Source: an uncultured Bacteroidales bacterium
Lineage (GTDB): Bacteria > Bacteroidota > Bacteroidia > Bacteroidales > GCA-2748055
Assembly: GCA_963753765.1 (NCBI GenBank)
Contig: CAVWDQ010000023.1
Location: forward strand, 136,586 to 200,585
Reading direction: 5' to 3'
DNA length: 64,000 nucleotides
The position numbers and the translations under genes are program-made. Positions 21,351 to 31,340 of the stretch are shown here, in pieces. Under the pieces are notes generated by a model that was not told where the DNA came from, made no database searches, and saw nothing but the letters and a program-made list of their open reading frames with translations. The stretch's first letter is position 1; each line of letters opens with the position of its first letter.

Positions 21351-24300
21351 ATGAAAGCTAAGCATACCTTACTTCTGATCCTGGTAATCATCCTGGTATT
21401 GATTCCTGAACACGGCTTAAGTCAGGTTAAGATCTGGGAAGAAAGCCTTAGTCTGCCTACCTATGAGCCCATGGCTGCGGATAAAAATCCCATGTTCTAT
21501 GTTCCCGATGCCTATCAGGGCGCCAAAAGAGTGATCTATCCCTATGCCCTGATGGATAATCTTTCCACCGAAAAAACGGACCAGGAGCACAAGGCGGTTT
21601 ACCTGGAAAACGAGTATATAAAACTTTGTCTCCTGCCTGATATAGGTGGCCGTCTCTTTTATGCCACTGATAAGACCAATAATTATGAAATTTTCTACCG
21701 CCAACATGTAATTAAACCTGCCAATATTGGGATGCTGGGTGCCTGGATTTCAGGAGGGATCGAATGGTGCGTTTTCCATCATCACCGTGCCTCAACCCAC
21801 CTGCCCGTAGACTACAGACTTGTTGAAAACAGTGATGGCAGTAAGACCATCTGGTTTGGAGAGTATGAACCCAGGCATCGTATGAAATGGAGCATTGGGC
21901 TGACCCTTCGTCCCGGCAGAAATTATATTGAAACGGATGTGAGAATGTTCAACCCTACCGAACACACGCACTCCATCCTATACTGGGCCAATGTGGCCAC
22001 CCATGTGAATGAAGACTACCAGGCCATCTTCCCGCCTTCTGTTCACCAGGGAGTATATCATGCAAAAAACAGCTTTATCCACTGGCCCATCTCCGATGAA
22101 ATATACAATGGGAAAGACTATACCGGGGAAATTGACGTGAGCTGGTGGAAGAACCACCCGGATCCCATCTCGATTTTTGCCTATGACCTGCAGGACGATT
22201 TCATGGGCGGCTACGATCACGCCAGGGATGCCGGAACAGTACATGTGGGAAATCACCACATTGTGAAAGGAGCAAAACTCTGGGAATGGGGCCCGGGTGA
22301 ATACGGAAGTATGTGGGATAGTGAGATTCTTACCGATGAAGACGGACCCTATGCTGAGCTTATGGTAGGAGCTTTTTCTGATAACCAGCCCGACTACAGC
22401 TGGATCAAACCCGGCGAGGTAAAGAGTCTGAAGCAATACTGGTACCCGGTCCGGGATATTGGAGGGTTTAAAAAAGCGAACCTTAATGCTGCGGTAAACC
22501 TGGAGCTTAGCAGTTCGAATGAATTACGCATTGGAATTAACGCCACGCAGGAACTCCTGGCTTGCAGAGTGGTACTTATGGAGAATGAGGATATTATCTT
22601 AGAAGAACAGATCGATATCGGACCAGGCAATCCATACAGCTCACAAATTAAAGTGGAAGAAAATGCGGATCTCACCAGCTACAGGCTTCGTTTGCTGGAC
22701 CGATACGATAATGAGCTTATCTCATACCAGGAGCAGCTTACCGTATATGAAGCAGAACTTCCGGCTTTAGTAAATCCACCCGGAAAACCCTCAGAAATAG
22801 AGAATCTGGAAGAGCTGGTACTGACCGGTCAGCGGATCATGCAGTTTCATAATCCGACACTGGATCCCGAGGACTATTTCCTGGAGGCATTACGCAGGGA
22901 TCCCTATAATTCACTGGCCAACCTGCATCTGGGAAACCTTGCTGCAAAGGCTGGGAAATACGATGAAGCAGCGGATTACTACCGCAATACAATCCACCGG
23001 ATTACCAAAGACTATACCAGGCCCCGCGATTGTGAAGCCTTTTACAGACTGGGGGTTGTGCTGAAAAAACAGAAGAAATATGATGCTGCCATAGATACCC
23101 TTTACCGGGCCACCTGGGACCAGGCCTGGTATGCTGCTGCTTATAAGGAACTGGCAGGGATCTCCATGCTGGAAGGCCATTTTGAAGAGGCCCTGGACCA
23201 TCTGAATCATTCACTCTCAATGAATGCGATCAATCCTTTGACCTATGCACTGAAATCAGCGGTTCTGCGGCATCTTAAGAACAGGGCCGAAGCCGGAATC
23301 AGTGCCAGGAGAGCCCTGGTACTGGACCCGCTGGATCATATGGCTTCTTACGAACTCTTGCAAAACAAGGCCATTCCCCCTTCAGAATTCACTACCCTAC
23401 TGAACGATAATAAAGAGAACTACCTGGAACTGGCCTGCGTGTATATAAATTCAGGCTTATACCCGGAAGCTGCAGGAGTGATCGACATGGCATTAAAATC
23501 CGGGGATAAGGTCCTTAACTCCTACCCGATCCTCCATTACTATGGTGCATGGTTGGCTGAGCAGCAGGAAGACAAAGAGCTTGCCAGTGAATATTATGCC
23601 TCTGCTTCAGCTGCATCCACCGATTATGTTTTTCCTTTCCGTTTCGAAACCATCGGAATTCTGGAAGCAGCCATTGAATTCAATCCCAATGATGCCAGGG
23701 CATGGTACTACATGGGTAACATTTTGTATGATCATCAGCCCGGCAAGGCGATTGATTGCTGGAAAAAGGCCGTAGAACTTGATCAAAGCTTAGCTATTGC
23801 CCACCGTAACCTGGGCTGGGGCTACTACCGCTACCTGGATGATATTGAAGGTGCCATCGGCCATTATGAAAAGGCAGTAAGTTTGAAAGGGGATGATCCC
23901 AGATACTATTATGAACTGGATGTATTGTATGAGATGAATAATGAATCCCTGGATATCAGGCTGGGGCTATTCTCTTCCAATCCAGAGGTGGTCAGAAAGA
24001 GGAACGATTCCTACCTCAGAGAAATAGAGGTACTATTACTGAACGGCAAGTACGATAATGCCATCTTCCGCTTAACGACACATACCTTTCTTCGCCAGGA
24101 AGGAGTAGTGAACCTGCACAATCTGTTTGTGGATGCACAGCTGTTGAAAGGAAGGGAGCTCCTTCAGTCAGGAGCTTATGCTCTGGCCCTTGAGCAATTT
24201 CTGCTTGCCGATACCTATCCTTCCAACCAGCGGATCGGACGCATCACCGATTACCAGAAAGAGGCCCAGATATACTATTTCACCGGTCTGGCCTACCTGG

Positions 24301-24668
24301 CCATGGATGAGAAAGGACAGGCAAAAAAATACTTCAAAAAGGCCGTGGATACTCCGGTGGGGAATTCAGAATACCTCTATTACCGGTCCCTGTCCCAAAA
24401 AGAACTGGGCCAGGAGGATGAAGCCACTGCATCGGCTCTGAAGCTGATTAATTCCGGAGAGGAGGCCCTGGCTCTTACAGGTGATGCAGATTTCTTTGCC
24501 AAATTCGGGGAGAAGGTGAGTGTAAACACCCGCAAAGCATACGCCTATTACCACATGGCACTGGGATATCAGGCATCCGGAGATACTGTAAAGGCACAGG
24601 AGGCTTTCTTACAGGCCCTGGAACTGAGAAACAGCATCCTCTGGGCCAATGTATTTGCAGAACTATGA
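21351..24668 (+). CDS. DUF5107 domain protein with C-terminal TPR repeats
   Basis: ATG 21351 (MKAKHTLLLILVIILVL signal). The N-terminal half (LPTYEP...NPMF...YPY...ENEYIKLCLLPDIGGRLF...GGIEWCVFHHHR) matches my recollection of DUF5107. The C-terminal half is TPR-like (LGNLAAKAGKYDEAADYY, AWYYMGNILYD). Confidence 0.7.
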   Translation: MKAKHTLLLILVIILVLIPEHGLSQVKIWEESLSLPTYEPMAADKNPMFYVPDAYQGAKRVIYPYALMDNLSTEKTDQEHKAVYLENEYIKLCLLPDIGGRLFYATDKTNNYEIFYRQHVIKPANIGMLGAWISGGIEWCVFHHHRASTHLPVDYRLVENSDGSKTIWFGEYEPRHRMKWSIGLTLRPGRNYIETDVRMFNPTEHTHSILYWANVATHVNEDYQAIFPPSVHQGVYHAKNSFIHWPISDEIYNGKDYTGEIDVSWWKNHPDPISIFAYDLQDDFMGGYDHARDAGTVHVGNHHIVKGAKLWEWGPGEYGSMWDSEILTDEDGPYAELMVGAFSDNQPDYSWIKPGEVKSLKQYWYPVRDIGGFKKANLNAAVNLELSSSNELRIGINATQELLACRVVLMENEDIILEEQIDIGPGNPYSSQIKVEENADLTSYRLRLLDRYDNELISYQEQLTVYEAELPALVNPPGKPSEIENLEELVLTGQRIMQFHNPTLDPEDYFLEALRRDPYNSLANLHLGNLAAKAGKYDEAADYYRNTIHRITKDYTRPRDCEAFYRLGVVLKKQKKYDAAIDTLYRATWDQAWYAAAYKELAGISMLEGHFEEALDHLNHSLSMNAINPLTYALKSAVLRHLKNRAEAGISARRALVLDPLDHMASYELLQNKAIPPSEFTTLLNDNKENYLELACVYINSGLYPEAAGVIDMALKSGDKVLNSYPILHYYGAWLAEQQEDKELASEYYASASAASTDYVFPFRFETIGILEAAIEFNPNDARAWYYMGNILYDHQPGKAIDCWKKAVELDQSLAIAHRNLGWGYYRYLDDIEGAIGHYEKAVSLKGDDPRYYYELDVLYEMNNESLDIRLGLFSSNPEVVRKRNDSYLREIEVLLLNGKYDNAIFRLTTHTFLRQEGVVNLHNLFVDAQLLKGRELLQSGAYALALEQFLLADTYPSNQRIGRITDYQKEAQIYYFTGLAYLAMDEKGQAKKYFKKAVDTPVGNSEYLYYRSLSQKELGQEDEATASALKLINSGEEALALTGDADFFAKFGEKVSVNTRKAYAYYHMALGYQASGDTVKAQEAFLQALELRNSILWANVFAEL

Positions 24669-24725
24669 TATGGATTTTTAAGTTTTAGATGTATATTTAG
24701 GATCAATCAATAATTCCAATCCAAA

Positions 24726-26124
24726 ATGATGAATTTTAAACGATGGTATTTTATGCTCTTTGGGATAATTGTATTTTTTACACTTAATGCCCAGGAGGCA
24801 CTGCATAAGGGCCCAGCCACCGATCTAAGCAAAGGTAGGCTCCAGGTAAGCGAGAATGGCAGGTTTCTGAAATATGCCAATGGCGATCCTTTCTTCTATC
24901 TGGGAGAGACCGCCTGGGAGCTCTTCCACCGCCTATCCTATAAGGAAGTGGAAATGTTCCTGGAAAATCGCAGGGAAAAAGGTTTTACTGTGATACAGGC
25001 GGTTATCCTGGCCGAGGAGAATGGTTTGATCAGCCCCTTCGGTTAACGGAGAAGTTCCGCTGGTCGACCTGGACCTGAACAGGCCTAACGAACAGTACTT
25101 TTTATTTGTGGATTCCATCGTAAAACTGGCAGCCTCGAAAGGATTGTTTATGGGACTCCTGCCCACCTGGGGCGATAAAGTGGATAAGCAATGGGGACAG
25201 GGACCGGTAATCTTCAACCCGGAGAATGCCTATGACTATGGTCAATTCCTGGGTGAGAGGTATAAGGACCATCCCAATATCATCTGGATCAATGGCGGAG
25301 ACCGGCAATGCAAGGGAAACGAGGAAGTCTGGAATGCCCTTGCAAGGGGAATCCGATCGGCCGACAATAATCACCTGATGACCTTTCATCCCATGGGTCC
25401 GGGATCCTCATCGGAGTGCTTCCAGCAGGAAGAATGGCTCGATTTTAACATGCATCAGTCGGGTCATGGCGATCGTTATATTCCTAATTACCGGAAGATC
25501 ATGGCCGATTACGCCCTCTCCCCTCCCAAACCCTGCATGGATGCCGAACCCATCTATGAGTCGCATCCCTTTAGCTGGAATCCGAAAAACGGCATTGCAG
25601 GGGATGATGAAGTGCGCCGGGCTGCCTACTGGGCCCTCTTTTCCGGGGCACACGGACATACCTATGGCAATCATTGCATCTGGCAATGCTACTCGGAGAA
25701 AGTGAAACCGGTAAATTATCCTCCCATGTACTGGTACGAAGCCCTTGACCTGCCGGGTGCCTGGGATATGCTTCATGTGCGCAATCTGATGGAGTCGAGA
25801 CCCATGCTCCATCGCTACCCCGACCAGTCGATGATTTTTGGAAACGCCGGCGCTACCATCGATCACATCGCAGCCACCCAGGGGGATGGCTATGTGTTCA
25901 TTTACCTGCCTTCGAACCACGAGGTGATCGTGGAATTCAGACATATCAAAGGTGAAGCTTTCAAAACCTGGTGGTACAATCCACGCAATGGAGAGGCTGT
26001 ATTTATCAAAGAGATCACAGGACATCCCCGGGAATCCTTCCGCGTACCGGTCACCGGAGTGGATTGGGTGCTGGTCATTGACGATGCCTCCCGTGACTTT
26101 CCTGAACCAGGAAAAACCATGTAA
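24726..26124 (+). pseudogene. DUF4038 / GH140-like glycoside hydrolase, one frameshift
   Basis: ORFs 24726-25046 (frame 0) and 25108-26124 (frame 1, open from 25030). [15 protein letters not shown]...[15 protein letters not shown] continues as [24 protein letters not shown]. The join is at the C4 run 25034-25037. Confidence 0.7.
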
Positions 26125-26125
26125 A

Positions 26126-27538
26126 ATGAATCGAGTCCGAAACCCATTGCTGAGCTTTGCCCTCGTGATCACGATGTTCGTGGTGTTGGGCATTACGGCC
26201 TGTCAGAACAGGCCAAAAGAAAACCCTGGCTCCCTTGAGAACAGGGATCTTACGGCCCTGGCCAACAGCCTGGAGTTGAGTCTCTTTGAATACATTCTGG
26301 ACCCCTGGTACCCGCTGGTAATCGACACAGAAAATGGGGGATATCATTCGAACTTCACCCGAAACTGGTCGCGTGAAGAAAATTCCGGAAACAGGGCCGT
26401 GGTTCAGCAGGCGCGTCATGTCTGGGCCACATCTCTTATCTATGAAAGATACCCGGAGAAAAAAGAATACCTGGAATATGCAGCAAATGGATTCCGCTTC
26501 CTGAAGGATGCCATGTGGGACAGGGACTTTGGTGGTTTTCATGCTTACTGTACCCAGGATGGCACTCCCCTGGAATCCAGCATGGCTGAAAAAAAGGTAT
26601 ATGGTCAGGCTTTTGCTGTATACGGACTATCTCAGTACCATCGTGTCAGCAAGGATCCTGAAGCACTGGAGCTGGCCAAAAGGGCTTTTTTGTGGATGGA
26701 AGCACATGTCCATGACAAGGAATATGGCGGATATTTTGAACTGTTAAATCGCGATGGATCCCCTGTTATTGAAGAAGAAGCGGGTGAAGGTCAGGATGGC
26801 TTTTTAAGGATGGGTATTAAGGACTATAACTCCTCCATCCATGTGATGGAAGCCCTCACCGAATTGTACCGGATCTGGCCCGACAGCCTGGTCAGGGTAA
26901 GGCTGGAAGAGATGTTCTACCTGATCAGGGATACCTTTGTCCACCCCGACGGATACCTGCAACTCTTTTTTGAACCTGATTGGACACTGGTAAAGCGGCA
27001 ATCGGCTGAAAAAGGCGATGAAGAAGGCCAGTGGTTCCGAAACCATTTTACCTATGGTCACGATGTTGAAACGGCCTTTCTTCTGTTGGAAACAGCCCAT
27101 ATACTGGGTTGGGGTGAAGATCATAAGACCCATCAGATAGCCAAACAGCTGGTGGATCACTCCCTGGCTTCCGGCTGGGATTCCCAGTATGGAGGATTCT
27201 TTGATGCCGGGGTGCCCGGTGAGGACGGAATCCGAATTATAAACAATCACAAGTCCTGGTGGGGACTGGTAGAGGGGATGAATGCCCTTTTGCTGATGCA
27301 CACCCTCTACCCCGACGATCCCCATGATTACTATGCCCTGTTCCTTAAATCCTGGGAGCACATCGATACCTACCTTATCGATAAGGAATACGGAGGATGG
27401 TACAATGCTTCCACCGATACCTATCCGGAAACAGTGGATCAGCTAAAGAGCCACATCTGGAAGACCACCTACCACAACGCTCGTGGAATGGTCAACTGCA
27501 TCCAAATGCTCCGAAACACTAACTCACTAACTCAATAA
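26126..27538 (+). CDS. AGE-family (N-acylglucosamine 2-epimerase / cellobiose 2-epimerase-like) isomerase, lipoprotein
   Basis: ATG 26126 (MNRVRNPLLSFALVITMFVVLGITAC). The body has the repeated (alpha/alpha)6-barrel pattern (QARHVWATS, KKVYGQAFAVYGLSQY, YNSSIHVMEALTELY, SWWGLVEGMNALL). Confidence 0.75.
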   Translation: MNRVRNPLLSFALVITMFVVLGITACQNRPKENPGSLENRDLTALANSLELSLFEYILDPWYPLVIDTENGGYHSNFTRNWSREENSGNRAVVQQARHVWATSLIYERYPEKKEYLEYAANGFRFLKDAMWDRDFGGFHAYCTQDGTPLESSMAEKKVYGQAFAVYGLSQYHRVSKDPEALELAKRAFLWMEAHVHDKEYGGYFELLNRDGSPVIEEEAGEGQDGFLRMGIKDYNSSIHVMEALTELYRIWPDSLVRVRLEEMFYLIRDTFVHPDGYLQLFFEPDWTLVKRQSAEKGDEEGQWFRNHFTYGHDVETAFLLLETAHILGWGEDHKTHQIAKQLVDHSLASGWDSQYGGFFDAGVPGEDGIRIINNHKSWWGLVEGMNALLLMHTLYPDDPHDYYALFLKSWEHIDTYLIDKEYGGWYNASTDTYPETVDQLKSHIWKTTYHNARGMVNCIQMLRNTNSLTQ

Positions 27539-27552
27539 CTTCTAACTTTCTT

Positions 27553-28569
27553 ATGATCATTATTCACAACTACTTCGCGGCCATATCCCTTACCATCGTG
27601 GCCATGATTGCCTGGGGATCCTGGGCCAACACCCAAAAAATCGCAGAAAAAAACTGGCGCTTTGAACTCTATTACTGGGACAAGGTGATCGGGATTGTCC
27701 TGATGGCCCTGATCGGGGCCTTTACCATCGGAACCCTGGGTAATGAGGGTCGAAGCTTCCTGAGTGATATTTCCCAGGCCAACACCCGGAGCATTTTCCA
27801 GGCCATGCTGGGAGGCGTACTCTGGAATGCAGGGAATTTGCTCCTGGTCGCAGCCATAGCCACAGCCGGTATATCGGTAGCCTTCCCCATCGGGGGAGGT
27901 ATTGCCTGGATCGTGGGGATCATGTTTAATTACATTGTGATCCTCATGGACGACAAAGTTCCTTCGGAAAAACCATTGCTCCTGTGGATTGGGGTGCTGG
28001 TGATTATCATCGCCATCTTTCTGAACGGAAAAGCCTACCGCGGACTTTCCAAGGTGAAGCAGAAACCCTCCCTGCGGGGAATCATGCTTTCTGTGGTTGG
28101 CGGATTATTCATTGCCTTCTTTTACGGATTTGTGGCCAAATCGCTGGATGGCCAGTTTGTCTCCGGAGGAACGGGCAACCTGACCCCCTCCACTGCCATT
28201 GTATTCTTTACCATGGGAGTGATTATCTGTACAGTCCTTTTCTTCCTCTTCATTATGAAACCCTTTAAGGTTGGGGTTCCGGGCACCTTCAAGGAATATT
28301 TCGGAGGTGGTTTCCGCAACCATACTGCCGGAATCCTGGGGGGAATGATCTGGTGTACCGGAATGGTCACCAGTTTCATGGCCGTAGGTGCAGCCAACCC
28401 GGCCATTGCCTATGCCCTGAGTAATGCGGCACCGGTGGTGGCAGTGCTCTGGGGCTTATTTGTCTGGAAGGAGTTTAAAGGAGCCCCCAAAGGCACCAAC
28501 GGACTCCTTACAGGTATGTTCCTGCTTTACCTGGTGGGACTTGTACTGATCACCGCTTCCAATGCCTAG
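27553..28569 (+). CDS. DMT-superfamily (GRP/TMEM144-like) putative sugar transporter
   Basis: 338-aa ORF of roughly ten hydrophobic helices (WGSWANTQK, GGVLWNAGNLLLVAA, WGLFVWKEF). The family call comes from overall pattern and sugar-gene context only. Confidence 0.5.
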   Translation: MIIIHNYFAAISLTIVAMIAWGSWANTQKIAEKNWRFELYYWDKVIGIVLMALIGAFTIGTLGNEGRSFLSDISQANTRSIFQAMLGGVLWNAGNLLLVAAIATAGISVAFPIGGGIAWIVGIMFNYIVILMDDKVPSEKPLLLWIGVLVIIIAIFLNGKAYRGLSKVKQKPSLRGIMLSVVGGLFIAFFYGFVAKSLDGQFVSGGTGNLTPSTAIVFFTMGVIICTVLFFLFIMKPFKVGVPGTFKEYFGGGFRNHTAGILGGMIWCTGMVTSFMAVGAANPAIAYALSNAAPVVAVLWGLFVWKEFKGAPKGTNGLLTGMFLLYLVGLVLITASNA

Positions 28570-28574
28570 CTGAA

Positions 28575-29383
28575 ATGAAACTGGGAATCAGTACGTATAC
28601 CTATACCTGGTCGGTGGGAGTGCCGGGATCGGAACCCGAAAAACCCTGGGATGAAATGGTACTTGTAAATAAAGCAGCAGAACTGGAAGTGGATTGCCTC
28701 CAGATCGCCGACAACCTGCCCCTCCACCTTATGGATGAACAGAGACTCCTGGCCCTGAAACAACTGGCCGGTGAATCAGACATAGAGTTGGAGGTAGGAG
28801 CCAGAAGCATGACACCTGATATGCTTCAGCGCTACATAGAAATTGCAGACCTGCTGGCTTCACCCATCCTTCGTTTTGTGATCGATGGTCCGGATTTCAA
28901 ACCCTCCGTGGAAGAGGTAATCAGCATTGTAAGATCTGCTGTTCCGGAACTGGAAAAACGGGGAATCCGCCTGGCCATTGAGAACCACGACCGTTTGCAG
29001 GCCAGGGAGTTTCTGGATATTGTCCGGGGATCTCAGAGTGAGCATGTGGGCATCTGTCTCGATTCGGTCAATTCCATGGGTGCCGGGGAAGGCATAGAGA
29101 CCATCACCACCCTCCTGGCCCCCTACACTTTCAATTTGCACATCAAGGAATTTATTGTGGAGCGGCATCCGCACATGATGGGATTTAGCATAGAAGGACG
29201 GCCTGTGGGTCAGGGTCAGCTGCCCCTGTGCCTGGATGCTGGAGCAACTGGGCCCTCAGTGCCAGTCGGCCATCCTGGAGTCCTGGACCCCTCCGGAAGA
29301 GACGCATTGAAAAGACCATGGACAAGGAGACTGAATGGGCCATAGAGAGCATTAAATACCTAAAAACCAACTTTTTTAAATAA
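28575..29383 (+). pseudogene. sugar phosphate isomerase/epimerase (xylose-isomerase-like TIM barrel), two frameshifts near the 3' end
   Basis: Frame 0 reads MKLGISTYTY...IRLAIENHD...GICLDSVNS...GQGQLPL. Frame 1 then reads WMLEQLGPQCQSAILESWTPPEE. Frame 2 then reads RIEKTMDKETEWAIESIKYLKTNFFK, ending at the TAA 29381-29383. The shifts are near 29229 and 29300. Confidence 0.7.
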
Positions 29384-29393
29384 ACCTCAACTT

Positions 29394-30227
29394 ATGACAA
29401 AAGTATGCCTGGTGGGCGCCGGCGGAAAAATGGGCATGCGCCTCACCCACAACCTGAAAGACAACGCAGATTACCAGATGTCCTACCTGGAAAACGGAGC
29501 AGCGGGCATTGAAAACCTGAAGAAGTTTAATATCACCCCGGCAGAGGAGGATGTGGTGATTCCTGAAGCCGATATGGTGATCCTGGGAGTTCCGGATGTG
29601 ATCCTGGGAAAGGTATCGGAGCAGATTGTTCCTAAAATGAAAGCCGGTGCCGTAGTGATAACCCTGGACCCGGCCTGTGCCCTGGCAGGCATGCTGATGC
29701 ACCGCGACGACCTGACCTACTTTATTTCTCACCCCTCCCACCCCAGCGTATTTAACTGGGAAGCCACCCCTGAGGCCAGAGCCGATTACTTCGGTGGCAC
29801 CCTGGCCAAGCAGACCATAGTCTGCGCACATTACAAGGGCAATGAAGGGCTCTACGACGAGTGCGAAAAACTGGCCATGGCCATGTATGCGCCAGTGAGT
29901 AAATCTTTTAAGATCACAGCCGAGCAGATGGGACTGCTGGAGCCGGCCCTGGTAGAAACACTCTGTTCCACCCTTCAGGTGATTGTGAAAGAGGGACTCG
30001 ACGAGGTGGTCAAACGGGGAGTGCCCTACGAGGCAGCACGTGAATTCCTGCTGGGACACCTGAATATCCAGCTGGCAGTCATTTATCAGGAGATTCCCGG
30101 AGCTGTCTTTTCCGATGCCGCCAACAAAGCCATTGTCAGGGGCAAGCCCTTGCTTATCAATCCTGACTGGAAAAAGGTCTTCGAGCCCGACAATGTGATG
30201 GAACAGATTGAGGACATTACTTCGTGA
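29394..30227 (+). CDS. NAD(P)-binding oxidoreductase (6-phosphogluconate-dehydrogenase C-terminal-domain-like family)
   Basis: Intact 277-aa ORF with the N-terminal dinucleotide fold KVCLVGAGGKMG. The remainder is helical. The family call is by recall of similar neighbours of TIM-barrel/DMT genes. Confidence 0.55.
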   Translation: MTKVCLVGAGGKMGMRLTHNLKDNADYQMSYLENGAAGIENLKKFNITPAEEDVVIPEADMVILGVPDVILGKVSEQIVPKMKAGAVVITLDPACALAGMLMHRDDLTYFISHPSHPSVFNWEATPEARADYFGGTLAKQTIVCAHYKGNEGLYDECEKLAMAMYAPVSKSFKITAEQMGLLEPALVETLCSTLQVIVKEGLDEVVKRGVPYEAAREFLLGHLNIQLAVIYQEIPGAVFSDAANKAIVRGKPLLINPDWKKVFEPDNVMEQIEDITS

Positions 30228-30292
30228 TGTCGGTTAGGGGAAATTGGTTAATAGTTAGTGAGACAAAAATATAAATGCATAAACAATAGGAT

Positions 30293-31326
30293 ATGAAACC
30301 TTTGAAATTTGCAATTTTTGGGACAGGATTCTGGTCCCAGTTCCAGCTGGGTGGCTGGCAGGAGTTGGAGGGGATTGAGTGCGTGGCTCTCTACAATCGC
30401 ACCAAATCAAAGGCCGAGGACCTGGCTAAACGCTTTGGTGTTCCCACCGCCTACGATGATGCTGAAGTCCTGATGAAAAACGAAGAACTGGATTTCATCG
30501 ACATTATTACCGATGTGGACACCCATGCTGCGTTTACTGCCCTTGGAGCGAAGTATGGAAAGGATGTGATTTGTCAGAAACCCATGGCTCCCGATTTTGA
30601 AACCGCCAAAGAAATGATGGATGTATGCAGAAAAGCAGGAGTCCGTTTCTATCGTGCACGAGAATTACCGCTGGCAGCCACAGTTCAGAAGGGTCAGGCA
30701 AATTCTGGATGAAGGAATAATTGGCAAGCCTTTCCGCTGCAAAACACGGATTCAACACTGCCTTCCCGGTATTCGAAACCCAACCTTTCCTGGCCACCCT
30801 GGAAAACTTCGCCCTTACCGACCAGGGATCCCACCAGTTTGATGTGCTGCGCTACCTCTTTGGAGAGGCCCAATCCATCTACACGCAGATCCAGACTGTT
30901 AATCCCACCATCAAAGGGGAGGATGTGGCCACCAGTCTGCTTCGCATGAAAAACGGAGTGGTTTGCATCCAGGAGATCTCCTTCAGTTCACCGCTGGAAA
31001 AAGAAGTATTTCCACAGACCCTCCTGCTGATCGAAGGAGACAAGGGAAGTATTCGCCTGGATGCCGATTTTGAGATCAGCATCACCGTGGGAACAGAAAC
31101 CCGGAGCGAAGTGGTGGAAATGAAATCCTATCCATGGCAGACAGATCGCCTGGTACCGGAGCCCCCAAGCATTGTGGATTGCAACAACGATATCCTGCAG
31201 GATATGCTTGGCAAAGGAAAGGCCGAAACCACGGGTGATGACAATTTTGAAACCGTGCGCCTTGTCTGGGCCGCTTACGAATCGGCCAGAACCAGTGAAG
31301 TGGTGCAGATGGATCAATTCTCTTAG
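30293..31326 (+). pseudogene. Gfo/Idh/MocA family oxidoreductase, two frameshifts
   Basis: Frame 2 reads MKPLKFAIFGTGFW...ICQKPMAPD...CRKAGVRF. Frame 0 then reads IVHENYRWQPQFRRVRQILDEGIIGKPFR. Frame 1 then reads AKHGFNTAFPVFETQPF...QMDQFS. The shifts are near 30648 and 30738. Confidence 0.8.
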
Positions 31327-31340
31327 AATGTCAGGGGTGC

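Noticed and set aside
29376-30059. 227-aa ORF antisense to the NAD(P)-binding gene. Similar long antisense ORFs occur at 5218-5862, 11934-12671, 16654-17247, 25408-26193, 32991-33626, 40623-41312, 41448-42086 and 60901-61488.
   Set aside because: Each lies fully inside a gene with clear family motifs on the other strand. Their translations are low-complexity or proline/glycine/arginine-rich with no recognisable motifs. They are typical shadow ORFs.
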